Shown here: in pieces, positions 41,853-51,283 of the stretch
Position numbering within the stretch: position 1 is the stretch's first letter
Layout: every line of letters begins with the position of its first letter
Assembly (NCBI GenBank): GCA_965262115.1
Contig: OZ253496.1
Span: 2,048,001-2,112,000, forward strand
Reading direction: 5' to 3'
Origin: Nitrospinales bacterium
GTDB lineage: Bacteria; Nitrospinota; Nitrospinia; Nitrospinales; VA-1
DNA: 64,000 bases
The notes under the pieces: model-generated
What the model saw: the letters and a program-made list of their open reading frames with translations, nothing else
Database searches by the model: none
Told to the model about the DNA's origin: nothing
Translations under genes and position numbers: made by a program

Positions 41853-42085
41853 CACGGCAAGTGGCCAGCGTGACGCTGGACCCGGTGAGCAATGTCTTTA
41901 TTTTGCCGTCAATCGGACTCTTGGCTCTATGGTCTATTGCCAACTGGCCCCACGCCGTACCCCTTCGGAGCATGAAGACATAGGTTAAATTTCACAAGTG
42001 GGCTGGGGTGGCAATTGGAGATCAAATCCTATATATTGATCCCCTTTACCCAACAGATAAAAACCCCCTAAATGAAGGAATTGGC

Positions 42086-42481
42086 ATGGCAGGCGCAACA
42101 CATCAAATTCAGATACGACATATTCTGGTCGAAAAAAAGGAAGTGGCAGACTTGCTCATGGAGACAATTGGCAGCCTGCCGACAGAAACGGCCCGGGTTC
42201 AAATGCTGATGAAGCTGGCCGGTAAGTACAGTGTTTGCCCTGCATCTAAAGAGGACGGCGGAAATCTGGGCTGGCTGGAAGTAGGCTGGAACAAGAGCGA
42301 CCCCCGGCAACCGCGGGGCGGTTTTAAAACATTGAGCAATGATGAGTTGAATGATTTTATTCTTGAGGGGGTTGCAAAAATGACCCTGCTTAAAGGAAGA
42401 TTGTTTGGTCCTTTTGAGTCCTATGAAGGATTTCATGTGGGACTCATTTGCCAAGAAATTAAGCTTGATCGGATTCTTTAG
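42086..42481 (+). CDS. Parvulin-type peptidyl-prolyl isomerase (divergent)
   Basis: RHILV, LA.KYS.CP.S..DGGNLGW and GP.ES..GFH. Confidence 0.8.
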   Translation: MAGATHQIQIRHILVEKKEVADLLMETIGSLPTETARVQMLMKLAGKYSVCPASKEDGGNLGWLEVGWNKSDPRQPRGGFKTLSNDELNDFILEGVAKMTLLKGRLFGPFESYEGFHVGLICQEIKLDRIL

Positions 42482-42594
42482 CCGCCACTTGGTGTGCCAA
42501 CGCGACGCCGGACCCAGTGTGCAATGACTTGTTGAGTTAAGCTAAATGGCTAATTATTCCCCTTCTGGGCACGAGGAATTAGGAAGAATATAAC

Positions 42595-42615
42595 GCAGCG
42601 GAGGTTCTCCGCTAC
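42595..42615 (-). repeat. GTAG-type REP palindrome
   Basis: Minus strand GTAGCGGAGAACCTCCGCTGC starts immediately after the radical SAM stop. Confidence 0.75.
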
Positions 42616-43728
42616 TCATGCCGACGGAGGTTCTCCACCCGTCAAGACCTCCGCGTCTTCTCCGACAAAATTATAAGCAAAGCAACCGCTTGAGCACCGG
42701 ACCATATAGTGCGGGCAGGATCGGCAAGGTTCTTTCGCCTCGGTCTTCTCAAACACCGTGTTCAGGAATTTGGCTCCCATCTTGGCCATGGCGATGGAGT
42801 TCACCTCTTTAAATTCCGAAACATTGCCCAGCTTCAGATTGTGAAAGGGAAAACAGTTGAAGCAGTCGCCTTTGGAGTCAATGTCCATAGGGCTTCCGTC
42901 CGCGCATCCGAAATAGTATTCATTACGGTTCCACTCTTCTATCGGGGGCAACTGTTTGTTTCCGTGAAAATAAATCCGGTCGGTGAGGGAGAGCTGGTCT
43001 TCGCCGATATCATCCAGGAAACAGGGGGGTAGGGAGCAGTCGAAACGAAAACACAGCTGCGGGAATCGCTCCATGACGGCCAGCATTTTCTTGCCGACTT
43101 TTGGGAAGTCCCGAATAGGCAAATAGGTGTTGGCCTCGCCCCCTATAATGGGGAACGCGGGGCTGACCCGGATTTTGTATTGTTTCCCGTTGGGCAAGCC
43201 GACTTTTTGATAGACTCGGTCGATTTCCTCGCATTGCCGTTCGAGGTCCTGATCCTTGGAGTACAGGTTGATGCTGAAAGTGACACTGTAACCGTTAACC
43301 CGCAACATACGCTCGGCGACTTCCTGACATCGCGCATGATTTTTTTCTGAAATATTTTCCATCGTCTGCCAGTTTAATAGGATGGCAAAGTTGATATTTT
43401 TGCTGATGGCGCCGCTGGGGCTGGCGACTTTCAGTAACAGGTCCAACACTTTTTCTGGCATCAAGCCGTTGGTGAAAACGCTGAGGTGCGAAAAGGGCAG
43501 AATGTCGTCATATGTATTTTGAAAAATGTCGGTGAATTGAGGATGCAGTGTGGGTTCCCCACCCATGAAATTGATAATGGGTGCATTTTTGATTTTAGGC
43601 AGGAACTCGTTCAGGAAATAATCATATTCCATGGATTTTCCCGGTGTCTTCACCGTTTCTTCCATGTACTCATCCGCAAAACAGTAATTGCAGCTTAGAT
43701 TGCAGTAACTGTTTAAAATAATATTCAC
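42616..43728 (-). CDS. Radical SAM protein with SPASM-like C-terminal domain
   Basis: CNLSCNYC, GGEPTLHP and FTNG; C-terminal GC...CFNCFP...CRSCPHYMVRCSSGC; GTG start after GGAGG. Confidence 0.9.
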   Translation of the reverse strand: MNIILNSYCNLSCNYCFADEYMEETVKTPGKSMEYDYFLNEFLPKIKNAPIINFMGGEPTLHPQFTDIFQNTYDDILPFSHLSVFTNGLMPEKVLDLLLKVASPSGAISKNINFAILLNWQTMENISEKNHARCQEVAERMLRVNGYSVTFSINLYSKDQDLERQCEEIDRVYQKVGLPNGKQYKIRVSPAFPIIGGEANTYLPIRDFPKVGKKMLAVMERFPQLCFRFDCSLPPCFLDDIGEDQLSLTDRIYFHGNKQLPPIEEWNRNEYYFGCADGSPMDIDSKGDCFNCFPFHNLKLGNVSEFKEVNSIAMAKMGAKFLNTVFEKTEAKEPCRSCPHYMVRCSSGCFAYNFVGEDAEVLTGGEPPSA

Positions 43729-43877
43729 TGGTTGCCTCCCTGGGAACCTTAAACGGTTCGGCTATGACCCTGAAGTCCCTAATAACGGGCCTTCTGCCGG
43801 GTCGAATCGTGAAATTACTAATATTTCCTAGAATGTACCATTATACTAGTTGAGGCTTGGAAAAGGTTCTTTAATGT

Positions 43878-44156
43878 CTAGGGATCGAATTTTTTCTTCC
43901 GGCGCAGGATTTGTGAGGTCCCTGCCTGGACGACAATCCCCATCTCACAGGGATAAGTCCGGACCACATTGATGAATTCCTGAATGGCCTTGTCTTTGGC
44001 ATCGGTATCATCTTTCGCTTCGCAGGCATACTCCCATGCAGAGCTTACGGTGGGGATTTTTTCCAAGCCGTGTTCTTCCAGTCGCTCTGCAATCTCCTTA
44101 TGGGCCTCTTCATTCAAATCTTTGAACTCTACCGCAATGAACACTTTGTACTGCAA
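43878..44156 (-). CDS. Hypothetical protein
   Basis: TTG start after AGGAGG; protein-like composition. Confidence 0.65.
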   Translation of the reverse strand: MQYKVFIAVEFKDLNEEAHKEIAERLEEHGLEKIPTVSSAWEYACEAKDDTDAKDKAIQEFINVVRTYPCEMGIVVQAGTSQILRRKKKFDP

Positions 44157-44404
44157 GGGGTTCCTCCTTTGCCTGTCAGGGTTATGAGAAATTTAAAGGG
44201 ACTAGTGTATAATAAGCCGAGTCAAACTACCAGCCGTCCTGTTATCTGGTAGAAAGCTAGCCAAAACATCGTTAGGTCACCAATTATCTCCTGATAATAC
44301 TTAAAGCTATTGCTAATAGCCAGCAGTGGCTACCAGAGGGAACACTCGCCTTGTCTTCGTTTCAAAAATTCATCGCTAATATTGGTTGGACTGTGCTGGG
44401 CAAG

Positions 44405-44710
44405 GTTGTGAGAAGAAAGTTTACTTCGTTGGATGTGATTGAAGTTTTATCAGAGCTATTTATTACACGGGGGTTGCCAAGGCATATCCGATCAGATAAT
44501 GGCCCGGAATTTACCTCGAAAGCGATTCAGAAGTGGTTAAACAATCTGGAGGCAGGCCCGTTATTCATCCAGCCGAGCAGTCCTTGGGAGAACGGTTATT
44601 AATGAGTCGTTCAATGGAAAACTCCGAGATGAATTACTGAATGGAGAGATATTCTATACTCTGAAGGAAGCGAAAATCATGATTGAGAGGTGGCGGGTTC
44701 ATGACAATTC
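44405..44710 (+). mobile_element. IS3-family transposase remnant (integrase core, frameshifted)
   Basis: RGLPRHIRSDNGPEF...SPWENGY; after an extra base at about 44600 it continues NESFNGKLRDELLNGEIFYTLKEAKIMIERWR. Confidence 0.88.
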
Positions 44711-45355
44711 GAACAACAATTTAAAAAATTCCAAATTATCGAAGTAGACATTCAGAGAAATAGGCAGGACTTTAGGCCAGAAAGCTATAGGGTTAAGATG
44801 GATTCTATAAAGCCATTAAGGGGAATTGGCACAAATAGAAACTGGGAAGAAAGAAAACATTATTTAATGCCTTTAGTTTCGCCCTCAATGTGTTCGATTC
44901 AAGAAGAACAAAAGGAAAACCAGCGATCGTTGGGATTATTTAAGCCTCTGGAGATAATTGATTTCATAGCAAAAGAAGATAAGGAGGGCTGGGATGAAGC
45001 TGACAAGAGATTACTTTCCCAAATGAAGCTTTTTGGGAAAGAAAAACAAATTCTGGAAAAGATTCCCTTTAAGTTCAAATTTCATTACCGTTGCTTGGGC
45101 GAAAAATGTAAGGGCCATAAGCAAACCATTATTGACTGGGAGGCGGCACAATTATACCGCAATCTAAAAAGTAAATATTCCCGTTCAGATTTAGTAAAAA
45201 AGATGAAGCAGAAATACCTGGACGAAATTTGTGGTTCAGATAAGGACGTTTATTTTATTGTAGGAAATCAGCGCGAAGGCCCCCTATCTTTTTTAATTCT
45301 AGGAATAATCTATCCGAACAAAGAAAATAACTCTCAAGACTCTTTTTCCTTTTGA
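44711..45355 (+). pseudogene. 5'-truncated AT-rich hypothetical gene
   Basis: The frame is open upstream of ATG 44798 (EQQFKKFQIIEVDIQRNRQDFRPESY) back to the IS3 junction. Confidence 0.6.
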
Positions 45356-45381
45356 GAAAGATTTAATGTCAGGATCAGATT

Positions 45382-46340
45382 TTATTTGTTTTTTACCCGG
45401 CACAAACCAGCGGCGATACTGCCCAAAATGCAATGGGTGAGGGCGGAAATGGCACCGGGAACGGTAGCCAGCCCATAGCTTGAGAAATTGCTCCTTGCCA
45501 GTTCAGTTGCCAGTCCCGAGTTTTGCATCCCCACCTCAATTGATACGGTTTGCGCGTCCTTCTCGGCAAACCGGAGCAGGCGCGATAAAATGTATCCCAA
45601 TAAAAATCCCAACAGGTGAAGCAAAACCACGGCGCTTATTAACGCGGTGCCGATTTCAAGGATCGCATCTTTTTTCGCCGCCAGGATGAAGTCCACAATG
45701 AACACGATGGAAAGTACAGCGAGAAACGGGGTGTAGGCTTCGATCTTCTTCACCCAGCGGTGGAAATAATGGTTGAGGAAAACTCCGATCAAAACGGGAA
45801 GGATGACCACCTTCAAAGTTTTGAGCAACAGCCCCAGAGTGTCCACATCAACTTTTAATCCGGTCAACTCCAACGAAATGGACTCCACCCACCAGGTGGT
45901 CAAAAGCGGTGTGAGCAGAACTGCAAGCAGTGTCGAAACGGTGGTGGGCTGACTGAAAGCGCGACATGCGTCCGGGCGATGAAGCAGACGACATTGGAAG
46001 CGGTGCCGCCGGGACAGCAGGCAACCAGAGCCAGTCCGATGACAAAGTCGATAGGCAGGCTGAACGCCAGTGCCAATGCATAGCCCAGCCCCGGCATGAT
46101 GGTGTATTGCAGACCGACGCCGAGCAAAATGGATTTGGGTAGTTTAAGGACGCGGGAAAAATCTTCAAAGCTCAGGGTCAGTCCCATACTCAGCATGATG
46201 AGACCGAGGAAATACGGAATCCAGTCGGGCTGAAACCAGGTGGCGGTTTGCGGTTTCCACAAGGCCAGTCCGGCACCGGTCAATACCCAGACGGGGAACA
46301 GATTGGCCAGGGCAATGAAAACTCGCTCGACCGGATTCAC
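45382..46340 (-). pseudogene. Bile acid:sodium symporter family transporter, frameshifted
   Basis: CPGGTASNV in the 5' ORF and SIEVGMQNSGLA in the 3' ORF; one base missing at about 45947 (VALSVS/TTVSTLL). Confidence 0.88.
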
Positions 46341-47011
46341 TAAGGCGCGGGTTTCTGCGCGATGATGCTGGAATAGGCTTCTTTTCCGTCATCATAATCC
46401 TGATAACGGATAACTCTAAGACCTTTGAAGATATCAAGCAGTTCGTTGGTGTCGAGGGCCCACTTGCGACTAAACCGGGCGTATTTCAGGTAGTCAACAT
46501 TATAAGTTTCAACCACGATCATTCCGCCGGGTTTCAGGGCAGACTGGAATTGTTTGAAAAGATCGCGTTGCATATAGTAAGTGCAAAGGATCACGTCATA
46601 GGAGTTGGGCTCAAGTGTATAATTTTCGAGATCGACCACTTTAGTCTCAATGGTGGTGTTGTATTTTTCTGCCAGCTTATGAGCTTTTTCCAGACCCTTT
46701 TCAGAAATATCAAGGCCGAAAACATCGAATCCTTGTGTGGCGAGATAAACCCCGTTTCTTCCTTCTCCCATAGCGAGGTCGAGCGCCTTACCTTTTGGCA
46801 ACAGGTGAACATTGTGGGCCAAAAAAGGGATGGGTGTTTCCCCAAACAGATAGACTTCCGTTTCATATTTGCTGTCCCACCGACTCTTGTCTTTAGAGTG
46901 GGCAAGCACCGCACTAGCAGTACATAAAAGAAACAGCGCGGTTAAAACTACAATGCGTTGTTTAGTATCGTGAAATATTTTCATGGCGAGGGCATCGTGA
47001 AATATTTTCAT
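46340..47011 (-). CDS. Class I SAM-dependent methyltransferase (TehB-like) with signal-like N-terminus
   Basis: RWD.KY, ALDLAMGEGRN..YLA..G and LKPGG. Confidence 0.88.
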   Translation of the reverse strand: MKIFHDALAMKIFHDTKQRIVVLTALFLLCTASAVLAHSKDKSRWDSKYETEVYLFGETPIPFLAHNVHLLPKGKALDLAMGEGRNGVYLATQGFDVFGLDISEKGLEKAHKLAEKYNTTIETKVVDLENYTLEPNSYDVILCTYYMQRDLFKQFQSALKPGGMIVVETYNVDYLKYARFSRKWALDTNELLDIFKGLRVIRYQDYDDGKEAYSSIIAQKPAP

Positions 47012-47020
47012 GGCGAGGGC
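46967..47020. repeat. 27-bp perfect tandem duplication spanning the start codon
   Basis: ATCGTGAAATATTTTCATGGCGAGGGC x2. Confidence 0.92.
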
Positions 47021-47152
47021 CTTGTGAAAGTTGTTAAATCAGTCTACCGGAAGCCGAAAACCCGTTCAAGAGGATTTCCCATTTACTTGGGTTTAGCAAG
47101 CAGGTAAAATCTATATATTCTATAGTATGAGTTTTTTAAACGGAGTGGAGTT

Positions 47153-47680
47153 ATGTTATTGAGAAATACCACAGGAATGGGACTCGGCATGTTTTTGCTA
47201 GCACTCATCTTTTCTGCAAATAGTTGGGCCGAGGGTTTGGCGAATCAAAAACCGATTGCCCAATCCGCTGATAAGCGTTTCGCCAATTATGCCGATGGCA
47301 CCACCCTCGACAAAAAAACCGGTCTGCTGTGGATGACCCAGGACTACTGGCAACGAGAAACCAATTGGGTCAACTGGTACACGGCAAACGAATATGCCCA
47401 GCGCATGAACCATAAAAGTTTCGCCGGTTATACAGACTGGCGCCTGCCCACTCCTGAAGAAGCAATGACCTTGTATGACCGTAGAAAGCGCAACATAGAC
47501 AAAGACGGCGATAAAATTTTTATGGACACCATGTTTCCCAAAGGCGCGGGTTGGGGAACCTGGACCAGCAAAGAAAAACGCAATAAAGCGGTGGCCGTCT
47601 CCTTCAAAGATGAAGGCGGCAAAGCTTATCAGGATAAAATATCCGGCGTCGATGCCTTCCTAAGATTAGTCCGCCGCTAG
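47153..47680 (+). CDS. DUF1566 (Lcl C-terminal-like) domain exported protein
   Basis: Signal peptide; DGT..D.KTGL.W and AGYTDWRLPT..E. Confidence 0.88.
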   Translation: MLLRNTTGMGLGMFLLALIFSANSWAEGLANQKPIAQSADKRFANYADGTTLDKKTGLLWMTQDYWQRETNWVNWYTANEYAQRMNHKSFAGYTDWRLPTPEEAMTLYDRRKRNIDKDGDKIFMDTMFPKGAGWGTWTSKEKRNKAVAVSFKDEGGKAYQDKISGVDAFLRLVRR

Positions 47681-47889
47681 GCGCGGGGCCAGCGTGACGC
47701 TGGACTCATTGAGTAATACTTGGCTGGGTGATCAAAAAGTTTTCTCGACTTGACGAGTCCTTGCCAATCCTTCCCACGGGAGCGGGCCAGTAGCCGTGAT
47801 GCTCCTTCCTTAACCTTCGTGAGTTTTTGATATAACCAACATTATTTTCATGCCCTGACAGGGGTAATCCGGGGTTATGCAAAGGTCTC
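47677..47889 (+). repeat. Modular repeat, TACCCC hairpin and solo MITE end
   Basis: CTAGGCGCGGGGCCAGCGTGACGCTGGAC...; GGTTATGCAAAGGTCTC at 47873-47889. Confidence 0.65.
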
Positions 47890-47977
47890 TCCGGAAGAAG
47901 GGGGGAGTGAAGAAGGTTCTGTCTTGCGGGTGGGGGTGGTATCCCTTCGAGTTTTTTGATATTAATGGATATAAACC

Positions 47978-48424
47978 ATGCGAACGATCCATTTAATCTC
48001 AATAGTTGCCTTTGCTCTCCTACTTACAGGTTTGGTCGAAGCTTTTCATCCGGATCACTATGAGCCGAGAGTTCCCTCCGAGCTTTTAGAAGAACTTCAG
48101 GATATGGATAACCCGTATCCCTTTACGCCTGAAAGGGTAGAAGCTGGGCGACAAATATATTTTGGCAAAGGCCAGTGTGTCACCTGCCACAACGTTAATG
48201 GTATGGGTGTGGAACGTCCCGGTCATTCGCCGAGAGACTTCACCGATCCCAAATGGCAGGAGACCCGGACGGATGGCGAACTCATGTGGGTATTGAGGAA
48301 TGGCAGCCCCGGAACGGAAATGCCGGTCCGGGTGGGCAAGGTCATCAGTGAGGAAGAAGGCTGGACGGTGATCCACTTCATCCGCACATTTTCTCCCACT
48401 AGGCGTGGGGCCAGTGACAAATGA
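47978..48424 (+). CDS. Monoheme cytochrome c
   Basis: Signal peptide, CVTCH and G.PGTEMP (axial Met). Confidence 0.9.
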   Translation: MRTIHLISIVAFALLLTGLVEAFHPDHYEPRVPSELLEELQDMDNPYPFTPERVEAGRQIYFGKGQCVTCHNVNGMGVERPGHSPRDFTDPKWQETRTDGELMWVLRNGSPGTEMPVRVGKVISEEEGWTVIHFIRTFSPTRRGASDK

Positions 48425-48497
48425 CACAACATGATTGCTAGCTAAAAAAACTATTACTGTTTATCAGTTCTCCGCAATTAAATATAGGTGTTCAATA

Positions 48498-49043
48498 ATG
48501 GCGCAGGGGTTCGGCAGGAAAAGAAAAATTATAGTCGGAGTGATTTTGGGAATATTTTTGCTCGGGGTGATTTCTGATGTTTTGGCAGGGCCACCCCTGG
48601 GCCATGGGCGTCGGCATCATTTGCGAAGCTTTCAGGGGCATCATGGACAGGGATTTGCAGGACAGGGGATGTGTCCGCAGAAAAGGGTTACACCGCAGGC
48701 TCCCGAGGATATCCGCAACCAGTCCAATCCTCTGGAACTCAATCGGGAAGTTATTTATTCCGGCGAATCTTTATTTCAGGTGGATGTTCAACCGGTGGCC
48801 TGTAAAATTTGCCATGGCGTGAATGGAAATGGATTGGGCATCATGGCACAGGGGCTGAATCCTCCTCCGAGAAATTTCAACTGCAAAGAAACGATGCAAA
48901 AGGTTTCCGATGGCCAGTTGTTCTGGATCATCCGCAATGGTTCACAGGGAACGGGCATGCCGGCCTATAAAGATTTGGATGACCGGGAAATCTGGCAGAT
49001 CGTTCATTATCTACGCAAATTCTCTCAATCCCGGAAAAAGTAA
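48498..49043 (+). CDS. Monoheme cytochrome c
   Basis: N-terminal TM/signal, His-rich stretch, CKICH and GTGMP. Confidence 0.9.
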   Translation: MAQGFGRKRKIIVGVILGIFLLGVISDVLAGPPLGHGRRHHLRSFQGHHGQGFAGQGMCPQKRVTPQAPEDIRNQSNPLELNREVIYSGESLFQVDVQPVACKICHGVNGNGLGIMAQGLNPPPRNFNCKETMQKVSDGQLFWIIRNGSQGTGMPAYKDLDDREIWQIVHYLRKFSQSRKK

Positions 49044-49047
49044 AGCG

Positions 49048-49542
49048 ATGATCCGGATTCTGCTACTGGCCTTCGCGATATTTTTGGTTGACGAGGTAAA
49101 AGAAGTTTTTTCCGGAGACGCGCGGTCTTATAGGTCACAAGGTTTGGATGGATCGGTGCAGCGGGTTTCCGGAATCTGTCCGCAGAACCGTAAAACCCCT
49201 AAGGCCCCGAGCCGGTACTTGAAAAAGAAAAATCCGATTCCATCCACCTCGGTGAATATCGAGAGTGGAAAGCGGCTTTTTAGTAAGGATGCAAAACCCA
49301 CAGCCTGCAAGCTCTGCCATGGAGCTAGAGGTAATGGCAATGGCAGTCTGGCAAGAAGGTTGGACCCGCCTCCGAGAAATTTTACCTGCTCCGAAGTGAT
49401 GCGGGATCTGCCGGACGGTCAGTTATTCTGGATCATCCAGAACGGGTCCCGCGGTACAGCCATGCCGCCCCATAAATTCACTTTGAAGCCCGAAGAAATC
49501 TGGCAATTGATTCTATTTATAAAACAGTTTTTGAGAGTCTGA
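49048..49542 (+). CDS. Monoheme cytochrome c (paralog of the preceding gene)
   Basis: CKLCH, PPPRNFTC, DGQLFWII.NGS and GTAMP. Confidence 0.9.
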   Translation: MIRILLLAFAIFLVDEVKEVFSGDARSYRSQGLDGSVQRVSGICPQNRKTPKAPSRYLKKKNPIPSTSVNIESGKRLFSKDAKPTACKLCHGARGNGNGSLARRLDPPPRNFTCSEVMRDLPDGQLFWIIQNGSRGTAMPPHKFTLKPEEIWQLILFIKQFLRV

Positions 49543-49571
49543 AGGTTATTAACAGGGACGGGAGAATTATT

Positions 49572-50573
49572 ATGCGGCGGTTATTGGTTAGATGTTTCGC
49601 GGTTTTACTGTTTGCATTGTTGTCAGTGCCGCCAGCCTTGTGGGCCGGGGATGATGGATTCGCCGAAAAAATAATCTACAGTCAGTGCAAAAACTGTCAT
49701 CGGTTTAAAGGCAAACCGACCTCCAAGTTTGAACTGAAAGCGCCCGACTTGATGTGGAGCGGCGTTAAATACCAACGCCCCTGGTTGATCCGCTGGTTGA
49801 TGGGCCAAGAGAGAAATCTCTATCCCAATAGTTATCGCTGGGATAAATCCACTTTTTCCGGGAAGCATATGGTTTTGATGCGCGAAGAAGCCACGGTGAT
49901 TGCCGACTATATGGAAAAGACTTTCCGCGACCCCCGCATTAAGAAAAGTTTTGTCGACATGTCCACCTTTACGGAAATGGAGGCCAGCTTGGGGGCGGAT
50001 ATTTTCCGGGAATATTCCTGTATGGGTTGCCACCAGATCAAGGATGATGAAGGAAAAAATATAGGCGGCCCGATCAGTGTTGACCTTTTTGATGCGGGCA
50101 ACCGCTATACGTTGGATTGGTGGAGCCGGTTCGCGGAAAACCCTCAGGATTTCACCCCGCACAGCGGCGAATACCTGGCCGATATTAGCCTGCGCAAGGC
50201 ACGCCATATTATTGGTTACCTCATGACTCTTGGCGTGAAAGATTTTAAGTTCTACGAACCGTGGAACTCAGCGGCTTTCAAAAAAGCCGACGCGAAACGC
50301 GGCGCCAAAGTTTATAAAGAATATTGTGTGCAGTGCCATGGACCTCAAGGTAAGGGCGATGGGCCGGGAGCCAAAGGGCTGGACCCGAAACCCGCAGTGC
50401 ATGCCGATCTGCCGCTTGCCGATTACCCCGACGATTATTTATATAATCTGATTTATTATGGCGGGAAGAGTGTCGGTAAATCCCCCAATATGCCGGACTG
50501 GGGCCTGACTTTACCTGAACAAAGCCTGGCCAATGTCATCGCTTACGTTCGTTCTACTTTCAAAGGTCAATAA
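49572..50573 (+). CDS. Triheme cytochrome c
   Basis: Signal peptide; CKNCH, CMGCH and CVQCH. Confidence 0.9.
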   Translation: MRRLLVRCFAVLLFALLSVPPALWAGDDGFAEKIIYSQCKNCHRFKGKPTSKFELKAPDLMWSGVKYQRPWLIRWLMGQERNLYPNSYRWDKSTFSGKHMVLMREEATVIADYMEKTFRDPRIKKSFVDMSTFTEMEASLGADIFREYSCMGCHQIKDDEGKNIGGPISVDLFDAGNRYTLDWWSRFAENPQDFTPHSGEYLADISLRKARHIIGYLMTLGVKDFKFYEPWNSAAFKKADAKRGAKVYKEYCVQCHGPQGKGDGPGAKGLDPKPAVHADLPLADYPDDYLYNLIYYGGKSVGKSPNMPDWGLTLPEQSLANVIAYVRSTFKGQ

Positions 50574-50579
50574 TAAAAG

Positions 50580-50615
50580 AGGCATTGTGTCTCAAGGCAC
50601 AATGCCCTATTTTTC
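50580..50615 (+). terminator. Rho-independent terminator after the cytochrome cluster
   Basis: GGCATTGTG-TCTCAAGG-CACAATGCC followed by CTATTTTT. Confidence 0.7.
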
Positions 50616-50830
50616 CCATAAAATACAAAAGGTTGGGGATGGCTTCTGTCTCGCGTTCTGTGTCCGAAAATTTACAAATTAAAAAAATTAATTTGGAAAC
50701 TATGGCGAGAATTGTTTTCGGGAATTATATTCTAAAAAGTTAGTGGTCGAATTCAATGTTTGTGAAAAAAGTAAATTATGGTTTTTTTTAGACAGTGAAC
50801 TTTGTTCCCAATTCTGAGTAGGAGGTCATC

Positions 50831-51253
50831 ATGTCCATTTTAGGAAACGCTGCCAATACCAAAGGTAAGATTTTGCTCATTGATGATGAAGCTGAAGTGA
50901 TAGAGGTATTACGGCTTCACCTTGAATCGGATAAATATAATGTGATTGAGGCTTCAGATGGGGCAGAAGGCGTCACTCTGATGAAGTCGGGTTCCAATCT
51001 GCTGCAGGTTGGGCTGATCATTTGTGATATTAGAATGCCAAAGGTCAATGGCATTGAGACCATTGAGTATTTGAAACAGAATGCGCCTTCCATTCCTGTC
51101 ATTGTGGTCACGGGCTATCCCGACTCGGATCTCGCAGTTTCCTTGTTGAAAAAGGGTGTGAAGGATTATCTGGTGAAGCCTATTGAGAAAGTAAAACTGC
51201 TGGCCAAAGTTGCAGAGGTACTGGCCTCCCCGCAAGAATTTAATTATGTTTGA
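50831..51253 (+). CDS. Single-domain response regulator (receiver)
   Basis: LLIDDE, CDIRMP, VVTG and YLVKP; AGGAGG RBS. Confidence 0.93.
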   Translation: MSILGNAANTKGKILLIDDEAEVIEVLRLHLESDKYNVIEASDGAEGVTLMKSGSNLLQVGLIICDIRMPKVNGIETIEYLKQNAPSIPVIVVTGYPDSDLAVSLLKKGVKDYLVKPIEKVKLLAKVAEVLASPQEFNYV

Positions 51254-51283
51254 ACCATGTATCCATAACAAGGGGTTCAATTT

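Noticed and set aside
33197..43728. MEMO protein plus radical SAM as an AmmeMemoRadiSam system
   Set aside because: They are 8.5 kb apart, no AMMECR1 gene is seen, and the radical SAM is SPASM-type rather than the PFL-activase-like partner
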